Below are positions 16,407 to 25,427 of a stretch of 32,000 bases of DNA, piece by piece. The stretch is from Nitrosopumilus maritimus SCM1. GTDB taxonomy: Archaea > Thermoproteota > Nitrososphaeria > Nitrososphaerales > Nitrosopumilaceae. The position numbers and the translations under genes are program-made. The notes under the pieces were generated by a model. It searched no databases. It was not told where the DNA came from and was given only the letters and a program-made list of their open reading frames with translations. The stretch is taken from contig NC_010085.1 in NCBI RefSeq assembly GCF_000018465.1, positions 690,001 through 722,000 on the forward strand, in the 5' to 3' direction. Position 1 is the first letter of the stretch, and the number at the start of each line of letters is the position of its first letter.

Positions 16407-16634
16407 CTAAACATTTACTCTGAAACCAGGACCAAACTCAGGTATGAGTGATGCAATAATTGCATTGAAAACTAACCCTGCAACCATTAAAGCAAGTCCT
16501 ACATACAAACAATTTTTTGCTTTTTTTGGATCATCTTTACGTATGATGAAATATGCAACGATTCCTCCAAGTATTCCAAAAAAAATCGGCAACAAAAACC
16601 ATAGATTACTTCTAGGTCTTTCAGGATGGGACAT
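16407..16634 (-). CDS. Small two-TM membrane protein
   Basis: 75 aa. NLWFLLPIFFGILGGIVAYFIIRKDDPKKAKNCLYVGLALMVAGLVF gives two hydrophobic helices. Confidence 0.55.
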   Translation of the reverse strand: MSHPERPRSNLWFLLPIFFGILGGIVAYFIIRKDDPKKAKNCLYVGLALMVAGLVFNAIIASLIPEFGPGFRVNV

Positions 16635-16644
16635 TTTCTTAAAA

Positions 16645-16893
16645 TTATTTTGCAGTAGCTGCTTTTTTCTGTAACTGTGTAATCTCTATTTCCACAGTTT
16701 CTAACGGATCTTCTACTTGATTTCGTTTAATTGAGAACATTTTTGGTTTCTCAAAGTCATCTGTACAATCTGGACATGCATAAACAAGTACTCTGTGTTC
16801 GTTTGGTGCTTTTGGGTTTGATAATCTTGGGTAATACACTAGTCTTGCGCTACAATCAACACAATATCTGTTGGCCCTTCTAGTTCTGACCAA
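16645..16893 (-). CDS. Zinc-ribbon protein
   Basis: 82 aa with a TTG start. The CVDC...CPDC pair forms a four-Cys zinc ribbon. Confidence 0.55.
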   Translation of the reverse strand: MVRTRRANRYCVDCSARLVYYPRLSNPKAPNEHRVLVYACPDCTDDFEKPKMFSIKRNQVEDPLETVEIEITQLQKKAATAK

Positions 16894-16980
16894 TGTAAAC
16901 CTCCTGCATTATTCTAAATATGCGATCATCTATTAGATCTATGTTGTCTAATAGTGTAAACCAATTACTGTCAACCGATC

Positions 16981-17010
16981 AATATTTCTAAATTCGAATT
17001 TAGAAATATT
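16981..17010. repeat. 30-bp palindromic element, copy C (perfect palindrome)
   Basis: AATATTTCTAAATTC|GAATTTAGAAATATT. The reverse complement is identical. Confidence 0.85.
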
Positions 17011-17051
17011 ATTTTTCTATACTTGTGGTTATGTTACTAGTGTCAAAATAA

Positions 17052-17081
17052 AATGTTTCAAAACTCGAGTTTAGAAATAAG
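17052..17081. repeat. 30-bp palindromic element, copy D, abutting the tRNA 3' end
   Basis: AATGTTTCAAAACTC|GAGTTTAGAAATAAG. It ends 1 nt before the tRNA-Asn CCA end. Confidence 0.8.
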
Positions 17082-17158
17082 TGGCGCCGCCCATCAGACT
17101 TGAACTGACGACCGTCCGATTAACAGTCGGATGCTCTACCACGCTGAGCTAGGGCGGC
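17082..17158 (-). tRNA. tRNA-Asn (anticodon GTT), CCA encoded
   Basis: The minus strand reads GCCGCCC-TA-GCTC-AGCGTGGTA-GAGC-A-TCCGA-CTGTTAA-TCGGA-CGGTC-GTCAG-TTCAAGT-CTGAT-GGGCGGC-GCCA. This gives a full cloverleaf with a 7-bp acceptor stem. Confidence 0.95.
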
Positions 17159-17230
17159 AACATGTTTGTACCTTGACAAAAGTGATTTAATCCTTGCGAC
17201 TATACAATTTAGACCAAAGTTGTTAGTAGT

Positions 17231-17518
17231 TTAGTTAAATTTTGCAAAAAATTCTTTAATTTCTTTTGAATGACTTTCTACCAATTCGATTATTTCCAGG
17301 TGTTCATCTGCAGTAGGTTCTCTTTGATGCACAACTTGAAATGCACTAAGTGCTGAACCCACCATTTCTCCAACAAAAAAACCGCACAAGAAATCTCCAA
17401 TTTTTTCACAATTCCAAATCTCACCAACTCTTGGAGATGCTCCTGATTTTTTGTATAATTCCAAAGTCTGCAGAATTAGGTCTGTTGTTTGTTTAGAAAA
17501 TTCAGGATCTAGGGTCAT
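17231..17518 (-). CDS. Hypothetical protein at the distal end of the r-protein operon
   Basis: 95-aa ORF, 15 nt downstream of rpl6. No recognisable family. Confidence 0.5.
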   Translation of the reverse strand: MTLDPEFSKQTTDLILQTLELYKKSGASPRVGEIWNCEKIGDFLCGFFVGEMVGSALSAFQVVHQREPTADEHLEIIELVESHSKEIKEFFAKFN

Positions 17519-17533
17519 TAGAAAAACTAGAAT

Positions 17534-18091
17534 CTATTTTTCTATACCTTTTTTCTTTTCATAGACGTAGATGCCGTCTAGGAAAACTCTATGATCTTTA
17601 TTTTTTACTTTAGTTGTTAATTCAATATTTGCAGCAGTTTGTGTAATGTCTGTCCAAACTTCGCCAGTAAGAAGTACGTCTTCTCCTTTTGGAATTACTT
17701 TTGTATTTCCCATAATGTGAGTACTTCTTGGTGCTCTTTCACCTTGGAAATTCTCAATTAGAATTTTTTTACCTTCTACTTTCACTGTAATTGGAAAGTG
17801 TGCAAAGACTACTTTCATTTTTATTGTATATCCTTCTACTAGACCTTCGCAAATATTTCTAATAATTGATCTTGCAGTGTGTAATATTGCATAGTCTCTT
17901 TTTCTCTCACCAATTGTTTTGAGATTTACTTTGCCATCTGCAATTTCAATTTTTACTGGAATGTTTCTGAAATTTTTGTGAGTTTTACCTAGTGGTCCTT
18001 CAAATAATAACATGTTTTTGTTTTGTGTGACTGTTACTCCTTCAGGAATTTCTACCTGATCTTGCATTTTTTCAAGTTGACTAGTAGACAT
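17534..18091 (-). CDS. rpl6: 50S ribosomal protein L6 (uL6)
   Basis: 185 aa. The sequence and its position after uS8 fit uL6. Confidence 0.9.
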   Translation of the reverse strand: MSTSQLEKMQDQVEIPEGVTVTQNKNMLLFEGPLGKTHKNFRNIPVKIEIADGKVNLKTIGERKRDYAILHTARSIIRNICEGLVEGYTIKMKVVFAHFPITVKVEGKKILIENFQGERAPRSTHIMGNTKVIPKGEDVLLTGEVWTDITQTAANIELTTKVKNKDHRVFLDGIYVYEKKKGIEK

Positions 18092-18473
18092 ATCCTATCA
18101 AAAATCCTCCAATTCCTTTTTGTGTTGCTTCATGATGAGACATTACTCCTTGATTAGTAGTAACTAGAAGCATTCCTCTATCATATGCTGGCAAATACTG
18201 TTGTTCCCAATTGTTAAATTCGTCTGTCTTTACTTTGAATCTTGGTGAAATTGCTCCACACTTTGTAATTTTTGCCAATAATTTGATTTTGAATTTTCCC
18301 CCTCTTTTATCATCAATGTGCTCAAACTCTCCAATGTATCCGTCTTTTTGAAGTGTTTTGAGAACTTCAATTCCTAATTTTGAAGTTGGAAGAATTGTAC
18401 ATTCACCTTTTCTTCTTGTTTCATTATTGTATAATGTAACGAATAGATTTGCTAAAATGTTAGTTGCTGGCAT
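18081..18473 (-). CDS. rps8: 30S ribosomal protein S8 (uS8)
   Basis: 130 aa. The LANLFVTLYNNE opening and the GGFLIGYVY end are typical. Confidence 0.9.
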   Translation of the reverse strand: MPATNILANLFVTLYNNETRRKGECTILPTSKLGIEVLKTLQKDGYIGEFEHIDDKRGGKFKIKLLAKITKCGAISPRFKVKTDEFNNWEQQYLPAYDRGMLLVTTNQGVMSHHEATQKGIGGFLIGYVY

Positions 18474-18479
18474 ATTCTA

Positions 18480-18659
18480 TCACCGATTTTTCCTAAATCC
18501 TAAAGATGTTGCTACTTCTCTGAAGCATCGTCTACATATCATTAAATCATATTTTTGGATAACTGCTGTATAATCTCCGCATCTTTTGCACCATCTTGAT
18601 CCTCTGCCAAAGTCATGCTTTTTTCTTCCAGTAAATTCGTATGATCTATCTTTTGCCAT
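18480..18659 (-). CDS. rps14: 30S ribosomal protein S14 (uS14), zinc-binding type
   Basis: Hand-translated 59 aa: MAKDRSYEFTGRKKHDFGRGSRWCKRCGDYTAVIQKYDLMICRRCFREVATSLGFRKNR, with CxxC...CxxC. Its ATG overlaps the rpl5 stop (TAATG). It was missed by the 60-aa ORF track. Confidence 0.9.
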   Translation of the reverse strand: MAKDRSYEFTGRKKHDFGRGSRWCKRCGDYTAVIQKYDLMICRRCFREVATSLGFRKNR

Positions 18660-19180
18660 TATGCTACCGTCACTCCAAACTCTTTTACTAGATAATCCTT
18701 TGCTTCTTGACTTGTGATAATGTGAGATTTTCCAACACTTGCTTTGTGTTTACTTCTTGTTCTAATTCCATAACCTGGTCTAGTTAGTGTGACTGAAATT
18801 CCAAGACCTAGAATTCCTATTGATGGTTCGTATTTTACACCTGGAATATCGATATGTTCTCTAATTCCAAATGAATAATTTCCAAAGTTATCAAAAGCTC
18901 TTCCATTTACTGTATTTCCCTTTGCTTCAAGCAATCTTTTCAATAATGCTTTAGCATCATCGCCTCTAATTGTTACTGCAACACCAATTGGTTCGCCTTT
19001 TCTAACTCCCCAATCCCTTTGTGTCTCTTTTGCATTACGTGCTGATGGTTTTTTACCTGAAATTTGCTCTAAAGCTCTACTTGCAATCTCAATCACATCT
19101 CCTGATTTTCCAACTCCCATGTTGAGAACAACTTTCTCTAAGGAGATTTTTTTCATTGGGGATTCTGTTGTTTGAGACAT
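18659..19180 (-). CDS. rpl5: 50S ribosomal protein L5 (uL5)
   Basis: 173 aa. The LEKVVLNMGVG motif and operon position fit uL5. Confidence 0.9.
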   Translation of the reverse strand: MSQTTESPMKKISLEKVVLNMGVGKSGDVIEIASRALEQISGKKPSARNAKETQRDWGVRKGEPIGVAVTIRGDDAKALLKRLLEAKGNTVNGRAFDNFGNYSFGIREHIDIPGVKYEPSIGILGLGISVTLTRPGYGIRTRSKHKASVGKSHIITSQEAKDYLVKEFGVTVA

Positions 19181-19184
19181 ATTA

Positions 19185-19901
19185 TCACTTTAATTGAATT
19201 ACTGGTTCCTCTTTTCCAATTGGCATAATGATGTCTGCTGGAATTTCGATTTTTCTATCTCCTAAAGATAGAATGACTCTTTTTGGAAGAATGAATGTAC
19301 CTTCTTCAATACTTTCAATCTTTCCGATTTGTCCTGCGTTAATTCCACGTGTTACTAATCCGTGATTACCTGATTCTAATTTGATTACTTCAAGAATTTT
19401 TTGATCTGGTACTTGTATTAAACACACATCACCAACACTTACTTTGGTATCTGAAATTGTTGAACGTCCATCATGGAATCCAATTTGCATTTTTCCTTTA
19501 CTAATTGTAGTTTTACTTGTAACTCTTACAAGCTTCTTTGTTTTTTCTGATTCGTTAATTTTGATTGGTTTTAGTAATTTACCATCTGTTGGGACAAGAC
19601 GATAAATATCTGAAACATTTTCTAGTTCAACTACGTCCATTAATCCAATTGCATGATGTAATGATTTTCTAACAACACCGTCAATCTTTACCTTTCCAGT
19701 ATAGATTGAAGTCTTTGCTTCTCTAAGACTTGTTACAATTTTTAACATGTCTCTTAGGAACACTGCTGTTGGAACTGCATGATGTTTTTTGTGTGGTCCT
19801 GGTCTTGTTGTGATTACAAATCTCTTGTCTTTTCTGGCAATGCCCCAGAATTGAGGTGCCATTTGACGTTTGAGTTTTTTACTACCTGAAATACTTACCA
19901 T
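19185..19901 (-). CDS. rps4e: 30S ribosomal protein S4e (eS4)
   Basis: 238 aa. KRQMAPQFWGI...RPGPHK is typical of eS4. Confidence 0.9.
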   Translation of the reverse strand: MVSISGSKKLKRQMAPQFWGIARKDKRFVITTRPGPHKKHHAVPTAVFLRDMLKIVTSLREAKTSIYTGKVKIDGVVRKSLHHAIGLMDVVELENVSDIYRLVPTDGKLLKPIKINESEKTKKLVRVTSKTTISKGKMQIGFHDGRSTISDTKVSVGDVCLIQVPDQKILEVIKLESGNHGLVTRGINAGQIGKIESIEEGTFILPKRVILSLGDRKIEIPADIIMPIGKEEPVIQLK

Positions 19902-20407
19902 TAATTCTCATCTTCCTTTTCTTCGGATTTTTTCTCTACTTTTGTTTCTTTAGGCTCTTCTTTGGCCGGTTTTTCTTCTGCTTTTGGAGTCTCTTTCTTT
20001 GGTTCCTCTTTTGCTGGTTTTTCAGCTGCTTTTGGTGCTTCTTTAGGCTGCTTTCTTGGGTCTTTACCCTCGAGTTTTGCTATTCTCCATTTGTCTTCTG
20101 TGTTTAATGATGTGACTAGTAAGTTTGAAGTGTGAATGAATACATCAAATTTGTCTCCTTTTGTTTTTTCTTTCTTTACTCCTTCAATTGCAACACTACT
20201 TTTCGCTGTAGATACTTCTGCAACTTTACCATCTACTCCTTTGAATTCTCCTCTAAGAATTGTAACACTGTCTCCTTCATTTACTCTGACACTTCTCTTT
20301 CCATATTTTTTCTGAAGATCTTTTGATAGTGCACTACCAAGTTGTTTACTTTTTGTTTGGTAAGATGCACGATAAATCATCTTGTTACGCATTTTAGTTG
20401 GTTTCAT
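19901..20407 (-). CDS. rpl24: 50S ribosomal protein L24 (uL24) with a K/E/P-rich C-terminal tail
   Basis: 168 aa. It has a KOW motif ([18 protein letters not shown]) plus a tail of about 45 aa ([33 protein letters not shown]...). Confidence 0.9.
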   Translation of the reverse strand: MKPTKMRNKMIYRASYQTKSKQLGSALSKDLQKKYGKRSVRVNEGDSVTILRGEFKGVDGKVAEVSTAKSSVAIEGVKKEKTKGDKFDVFIHTSNLLVTSLNTEDKWRIAKLEGKDPRKQPKEAPKAAEKPAKEEPKKETPKAEEKPAKEEPKETKVEKKSEEKEDEN

Positions 20408-20411
20408 TTTC

Positions 20412-20834
20412 TTATACCACCATTGATGCCAAGTTAGCTACTCTTGGCCATTTTTCTGAAGCTTCTGCTGCTACTGGTCCTTTGATGTCTGTTCCTTTTG
20501 TTTCTCCTTCTGGAGTGATCAACACTGCTGCGTTGTCTTCAAAACAAACTCTTACACCGTTTAATCTGCGAACTGGATACTTTTGTCTAATTATAACTGC
20601 ACCATACACTTGTTTTCTTAATTCAGCTGGTCCCTTCTTTACAACAACATTACAAAAGTCACCAACTGATGCTGAAGGCAATCTTGATGCTCTTGTTCTA
20701 TGTCTTGGAACATTAATTACTTCTAAAATTTTTGCACCAGAATTATCTGCACACACAATATTTGCCCCTACTGGAATTACTTTAGTTACATATGGGCGGA
20801 ATTCTTCTACTCCTTTACCTGCTTGTTTTGCCAT
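20412..20834 (-). CDS. rpl14: 50S ribosomal protein L14 (uL14)
   Basis: 140 aa. The sequence and operon position fit uL14. Confidence 0.9.
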   Translation of the reverse strand: MAKQAGKGVEEFRPYVTKVIPVGANIVCADNSGAKILEVINVPRHRTRASRLPSASVGDFCNVVVKKGPAELRKQVYGAVIIRQKYPVRRLNGVRVCFEDNAAVLITPEGETKGTDIKGPVAAEASEKWPRVANLASMVV

Positions 20835-21157
20835 TATGATCTAACCTCCACAACAACATATGATACTGATTTTGATATTGGTCTGCATTCTGCAGTCAAT
20901 ACATTGTCTCCTGATTCAACATCAATACATCCAGGAACATGAGCATGAATACTGCTCTTACCTCTTGCATATCTCTTGAATTTGTTAAAGTAAACTGGTG
21001 CATCTTTTTGCAAAGTGATAGTTTGTTTTGCTTTACTTCCTGTTACTTTACCATCAAAGAGTTTGCCTCTAATTGCTAATTCTCCGTGGAATGGACAGTT
21101 TTTATCTTCACATTCTCTTTTTGGTTCTTTTACTTTTAATCCGATGTTTCTAGTCAT
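20834..21157 (-). CDS. rps17: 30S ribosomal protein S17 (uS17)
   Basis: 107 aa. CEDKNCPFHGEL is the archaeal uS17 N-terminus. Confidence 0.9.
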   Translation of the reverse strand: MTRNIGLKVKEPKRECEDKNCPFHGELAIRGKLFDGKVTGSKAKQTITLQKDAPVYFNKFKRYARGKSSIHAHVPGCIDVESGDNVLTAECRPISKSVSYVVVEVRS

Positions 21158-21420
21158 GCCTTTCCTCCAATTCTATCAAATGGTCTTTTTGCAATTCTGG
21201 ACCCTTCAACAATAACATCGTTACTATCAATTGAGAATTTCCAATTGCTTGTTGATTTTGCAATTGATTTCATTCCATTTTCTGTGTTAATTGTAAACAT
21301 TGATTTTGTTTCATTTTCAATTCTTCCATTTAATCCTATAACTTGTGGATTAGTTGATTGTACAATCTCTGTGTTTAATCCGATAAATTCATGTGATGTG
21401 ATGTTATCTGCTGTAATCAT
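21154..21420 (-). CDS. rnp1: RNase P protein component 1 (Rpp29/Pop4 homologue)
   Basis: 88 aa. EFIGLNTEIVQSTNPQVIGLNGRIENETKSMFTI matches the Rpp29 Sm-like core. It occupies the canonical slot between uL29 and uS17. Confidence 0.8.
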   Translation of the reverse strand: MITADNITSHEFIGLNTEIVQSTNPQVIGLNGRIENETKSMFTINTENGMKSIAKSTSNWKFSIDSNDVIVEGSRIAKRPFDRIGGKA

Positions 21421-21623
21421 TTCTCTTTCTTCATCTCGTTTAGTCTAGTCAGCATTCTTGCAATGTCGTGTCGTATTGGCTTTAGTTTTCCACTTTCTTT
21501 TCTGAGTGTTCCTTTAGCTGCATCTACTCTAAGTTTTCCAAGTTCGCTTCTTGATTCTTGGATCTTGCTTTTTAGATCTTTTTCATTTAGTTGTTTAATT
21601 GTCTTCATGCTGATTCTGGTCAT
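21417..21623 (-). CDS. rpl29: 50S ribosomal protein L29 (uL29)
   Basis: 68 aa. The sequence and operon position fit uL29. Confidence 0.85.
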   Translation of the reverse strand: MTRISMKTIKQLNEKDLKSKIQESRSELGKLRVDAAKGTLRKESGKLKPIRHDIARMLTRLNEMKKEK

Positions 21624-22375
21624 TTGAGTTTGGCCTCCTCTTCTTCTAATGTTTCAAGATCTTTCATCTTCTCTTCTTCTATTGCAATTTGTTCAGATTC
21701 TGTTCTTGCTTTCTTTTCTGCTGCGGTTTCATCTCTCATCTTGCCTGTCTCTGCATCTTTGACTTGTTTTGCTTTCTTTGGTTTCTCTGCCTTCATTTCA
21801 AACTCTGGAACAAATTTTTCTTTTCTTGCTATTCTAATTCTAATTCCGATTAATCCCATTGCAGTTCCTACATGTGCAATATCTTCTGCAACAATTACTT
21901 CTGCGTGATGACCTGCTCTTGGTAAAATTCCTGCTGTGTGTTTTTCAAATGCAGAACGGTCTCCTCTTAGTTTACCTGAAATTGTAATTTGAACTCCCAT
22001 TGCACCATTTTCCATAATTTGTTTTAGAGTCCACATGGTTGCTCTTCTAAACGCGGTACCTCTTTCAAGATGTGAAGCCATTCTGTTACACATCACGCTT
22101 GGTGATAATTCTGGTTTCTCAATCTCTACCACTGAAATTTGTGGGTTCTTTAATCCAAAGTCTGTTGCTAATTTGTCAGTAAGGTCTCTAATTCCTGAAC
22201 CTTTTCTTCCGATAACTATTCCTGGTCTTGTAACATGTAATGCAACTCTAGTACCTGTTGGCGTCTTTGAGATTTCTGCATGTGAAAATCCTGCTTCTTT
22301 GATTGCGTCTCTAAGATAATCTTTGAGTAGCATCATGTTGTAGTTGTCTTTGATTACGTTTTTCACAGATGACAT
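21620..22375 (-). CDS. rps3: 30S ribosomal protein S3 (uS3) with a charged C-terminal tail
   Basis: 251 aa. It has a KH domain ([12 protein letters not shown]) and a K/E-rich C-terminus. Confidence 0.9.
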   Translation of the reverse strand: MSSVKNVIKDNYNMMLLKDYLRDAIKEAGFSHAEISKTPTGTRVALHVTRPGIVIGRKGSGIRDLTDKLATDFGLKNPQISVVEIEKPELSPSVMCNRMASHLERGTAFRRATMWTLKQIMENGAMGVQITISGKLRGDRSAFEKHTAGILPRAGHHAEVIVAEDIAHVGTAMGLIGIRIRIARKEKFVPEFEMKAEKPKKAKQVKDAETGKMRDETAAEKKARTESEQIAIEEEKMKDLETLEEEEAKLK

Positions 22376-22377
22376 TT

Positions 22378-22845
22378 CTAAATCTCCTGAGCCACCAACT
22401 CTACATGTGTTAATACATTGTTCTTTGGAGTTGCTCTTCCCATTGCTCTTGGGATGAATCTTTTTACAATCACTCCTTTGTGAACTGTTGCATTTACAAT
22501 CTTTAATCTATCTAAATCCATTCCTTTGTATTCTGCATTTGATTCTAAATTATCTAAAACTTTGATGAATTCTCTTGCTGTTTTTTGTGGGTAACGTCCT
22601 GACATCATTCCTGGGTCTGCTTTGTGTCCTACTTGGTTTTTGTATCTTCTAAATGCAACTGCTCTGTCTTTGTTTACTACTGCTTGTAAGTAATCTCTTG
22701 CTTTCTCAATTGATAGTCCTTTGATTGCAACTGCAACTTCTCTTGCATGTTTATGAGACATGTCTTTTTCTCTAACTGAAGAACGTACATGTCTTGTTGC
22801 ATCATAATTTTGGAAAGCGTAACCGAATCTACCCATAATAATCAC
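22378..22845 (-). CDS. rpl22: 50S ribosomal protein L22 (uL22)
   Basis: The ORF opens at GTG 22845. ATG at 22836 (MGRFGY...) is the likelier start, 6 nt after the rps19 stop. Confidence 0.9.
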   Translation of the reverse strand: MIIMGRFGYAFQNYDATRHVRSSVREKDMSHKHAREVAVAIKGLSIEKARDYLQAVVNKDRAVAFRRYKNQVGHKADPGMMSGRYPQKTAREFIKVLDNLESNAEYKGMDLDRLKIVNATVHKGVIVKRFIPRAMGRATPKNNVLTHVELVAQEI

Positions 22846-23237
22846 TTCAATGGCACGTAAAGGCTGGATCTTGATGCACCTACACCAGGTGCACCGTGTG
22901 AAACCTTTCTGTTTGTTATGACATATTCTCCCAAGTAATGACCAATCATTTCTGTTCTGATTGTAACTGGTCTGAATTCTTTTCCTGAGAAAACATTTAC
23001 TGTAACATCTACCATGTATGGTAGGATAATTAAATCTCTAACATGAGTCTTGATTGGGTTTTTTAATTTGCCTGCTTTTGCTGCTTTGATCTCTTCAATT
23101 AGTTTTCTTTTACCATCGGTAATTCCTCTAGTAAGAGATCTTCTTTGTCTTGCATTGAATAATTGGAATAATTTTTCTAATGACATGTTGTCAAGTTCTT
23201 CTTTTGGAATTCCTCTATATGCAAATTCTTTAACCAT
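22842..23237 (-). CDS. rps19: 30S ribosomal protein S19 (uS19)
   Basis: 131 aa. GHYLGEYVITNRKVSHGAPGVGASRSS..PLK is the uS19 signature. Confidence 0.9.
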   Translation of the reverse strand: MVKEFAYRGIPKEELDNMSLEKLFQLFNARQRRSLTRGITDGKRKLIEEIKAAKAGKLKNPIKTHVRDLIILPYMVDVTVNVFSGKEFRPVTIRTEMIGHYLGEYVITNRKVSHGAPGVGASRSSLYVPLK

Positions 23238-23264
23238 TTTTGTTCTTCACCTTCTAGCTCCCTA

Positions 23265-23531
23265 TTATAGCATTCCTATCTTTGTTGCGAGGTCTCTTGC
23301 TTTTTCTGTATTTTCGAACTGGACAAATGCTTTCTTACCGTAAATGGTTCTTGCTGTGTTGACGTTCAGGACTTTTTCATTGTATAATGTGTTAACTGCT
23401 TCAGAAATTTCTGGTTTGCTTGCTGATCTCTCTACTATGAAACAAATCTTACTTTCATTTTCTACCATTGCAAATGTCTTTTCAGTAATGTATGGTTTGA
23501 GTATGATTTTACTTGCTTGATCTACATTCAT
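23265..23531 (-). CDS. rpl23: 50S ribosomal protein L23 (uL23)
   Basis: 88 aa. The sequence and its position after uL4 fit uL23. Confidence 0.9.
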   Translation of the reverse strand: MNVDQASKIILKPYITEKTFAMVENESKICFIVERSASKPEISEAVNTLYNEKVLNVNTARTIYGKKAFVQFENTEKARDLATKIGML

Positions 23532-24343
23532 TGTACTTTCGCCATTACCTCTAGATGTGTTGATTTTATTTTTCCAATCTCTTCAATTGCAGATTTGGAA
23601 TAAACGGTTAATCTAATTGGGTCTGAACCCGGAGCTAAGTCTAATACGCTCAAATCTTTGACACTTGTTGCCTCTACACCTGGTAGTGCACCAATTGCTT
23701 TTGAAATATTTGATGCATCTTTTGTTACAAACAATACACTTTTTCCAACTTTCTTACTTCTTCCTCTAAGTCTTGATTGTCCAGAACGTGCTTTTCTTGT
23801 TTCTAATCTTTGTACATCTTGTGTTAGTTTTAATGAATCAAGTATTTTGGATACTTCGCTTGTTTTAGATACTGATTCAATATCATCTGAAACTACAATT
23901 GGGAATGATTCTATTCCTTCTACTTTATGTCCTCTTGATTCAACTCTATCTTTTGATGCAGTTGCAGCAATTGCAGAACATAATGCTAGTTTCTTTTCTT
24001 TTTTGTTTAATTTTTTGTAGATTACTTTCTCAACAATAGGTGGGTGTGCTTGTCTTCCTCCTCTAGTTGATGCAACTTCTGCACCTTGTCCTTGTCTTCC
24101 ACCACCTCCACCTTGTGCTCTAGCAACACGAGATACACCTTGACCTGTTGGTGGATCGTTAGAGTCTGCAACTACATCTTGTCCTGCAGTTGGGTGTCTT
24201 CCTTGTGGTTGGAATTTGTGTGATGTAAGATTAGTGAAAGCTTTGTGAATTAATTCTCTTCTAAATGGTGTAGAAAATACTGCTGGTAACTCTACTTCGC
24301 CATCTTTTGTTCCAGTTGTTGTATATACTGCTGTCTTGGTCAT
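23528..24343 (-). CDS. rpl4: 50S ribosomal protein L4 (uL4)
   Basis: 271 aa with the Gly/Arg-rich loop GGGGGRQGQGAEVASTRGGR. Confidence 0.9.
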   Translation of the reverse strand: MTKTAVYTTTGTKDGEVELPAVFSTPFRRELIHKAFTNLTSHKFQPQGRHPTAGQDVVADSNDPPTGQGVSRVARAQGGGGGRQGQGAEVASTRGGRQAHPPIVEKVIYKKLNKKEKKLALCSAIAATASKDRVESRGHKVEGIESFPIVVSDDIESVSKTSEVSKILDSLKLTQDVQRLETRKARSGQSRLRGRSKKVGKSVLFVTKDASNISKAIGALPGVEATSVKDLSVLDLAPGSDPIRLTVYSKSAIEEIGKIKSTHLEVMAKVQ

Positions 24344-25335
24344 ACTACTACCTCCAAGATATTTGGTTTGTTGACTTTGTCTGGAACATTTCTGATTTGA
24401 CTTCTTAGTTTGATTAGTCTTCTATATGCTCCAGGAACTGAACCTTTTAGAACAATAAAGTCTCCTTTAACTAAACCAAAATGTTTGAACCCTCCATCTG
24501 GATTGATTTTTAATTTATCATCATCAGTGTTACCCATAATCATAATTCTTTTGTCATATTCTACTCTTTGATGGAATCCGAACTGTCCTGCTCTTGGAAC
24601 TGTATACATGACACTTTGTGGTGAGATTGGACCTAGTGAACCAACTTCTCTAACTGTCTTTCTTGATTTGTGTTGTTTCTTTTTTACGTTCCATCTTTTC
24701 AAAACACCTTGCCATCCCTTACCTTTTGTTATTGCTGCAACGTCAACACTTGCGCCGGTTTCGAAAATCTGATCAATCTTAATTTCTTTTCCAAGTAATT
24801 CTTTGACATGTGCAAATTGTTTTGGAATGTCTCCTCCGCTTACTGAAGCTTCAAAGATGTATGGTTTCTTTTGCTCAAGTCCTGCAGCACTTGGAGATAT
24901 TGCAACAATTGCAAAAATCTCTTTAATCTTTTTCAAACTTTTTTCTGCATTATCTAATGCATTTTCTTGTTTGTTCTTTAATGAAATTTCTTTGGCGATG
25001 CTTTTTGGAATATCTTCTGCATAAACATCAAACTCTGCATGTAATCCGTCATGATCTTTTGAATAACCTCTAATTCCTAAAATCAATACTGGTGGTGTAA
25101 CTAGAACTGTTCCAAGACTTACTAGTTGTTTTCCTGCATTGGGCACTTTTTCACGATCATCAATACTGACAATCTGAACGCATCCTGCTTTGAAACCACA
25201 ATGAGCTAATATTTTTGGCTCTTCTGAATCTAACTTTGGCCATGCTCTGATTCTTGCCTCCATGCTTTTAGCACGTACTCTAGGTGAATACGCAAGGCTT
25301 CCTCTACGTGGTGAATGTCTTTTTCTAGCACCCAT
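24340..25335 (-). CDS. rpl3: 50S ribosomal protein L3 (uL3)
   Basis: 331 aa. HSPRRGSLAYSPR at the N-terminus and the KGKGWQGV motif are present. Confidence 0.9.
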   Translation of the reverse strand: MGARKRHSPRRGSLAYSPRVRAKSMEARIRAWPKLDSEEPKILAHCGFKAGCVQIVSIDDREKVPNAGKQLVSLGTVLVTPPVLILGIRGYSKDHDGLHAEFDVYAEDIPKSIAKEISLKNKQENALDNAEKSLKKIKEIFAIVAISPSAAGLEQKKPYIFEASVSGGDIPKQFAHVKELLGKEIKIDQIFETGASVDVAAITKGKGWQGVLKRWNVKKKQHKSRKTVREVGSLGPISPQSVMYTVPRAGQFGFHQRVEYDKRIMIMGNTDDDKLKINPDGGFKHFGLVKGDFIVLKGSVPGAYRRLIKLRSQIRNVPDKVNKPNILEVVV

Positions 25336-25427
25336 GACTAAATCGCATCATCGATTGCCCTCTATTAAACCATGTGAGACCTGGTTAACCACTAAAAAAA
25401 TACTAGTTAACCAACTGTGCCTAAAAA

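Noticed and set aside
13306-17158. Idea that 13.3-17.2 kb is an integrated mobile element targeted to tRNA-Asn
   Set aside because: I could find no integrase or transposase, no duplicated copy of the tRNA 3' segment (att-like direct repeat), and no clear compositional shift. Only weak circumstantial support remains: the operon break and the uncharacterised genes.
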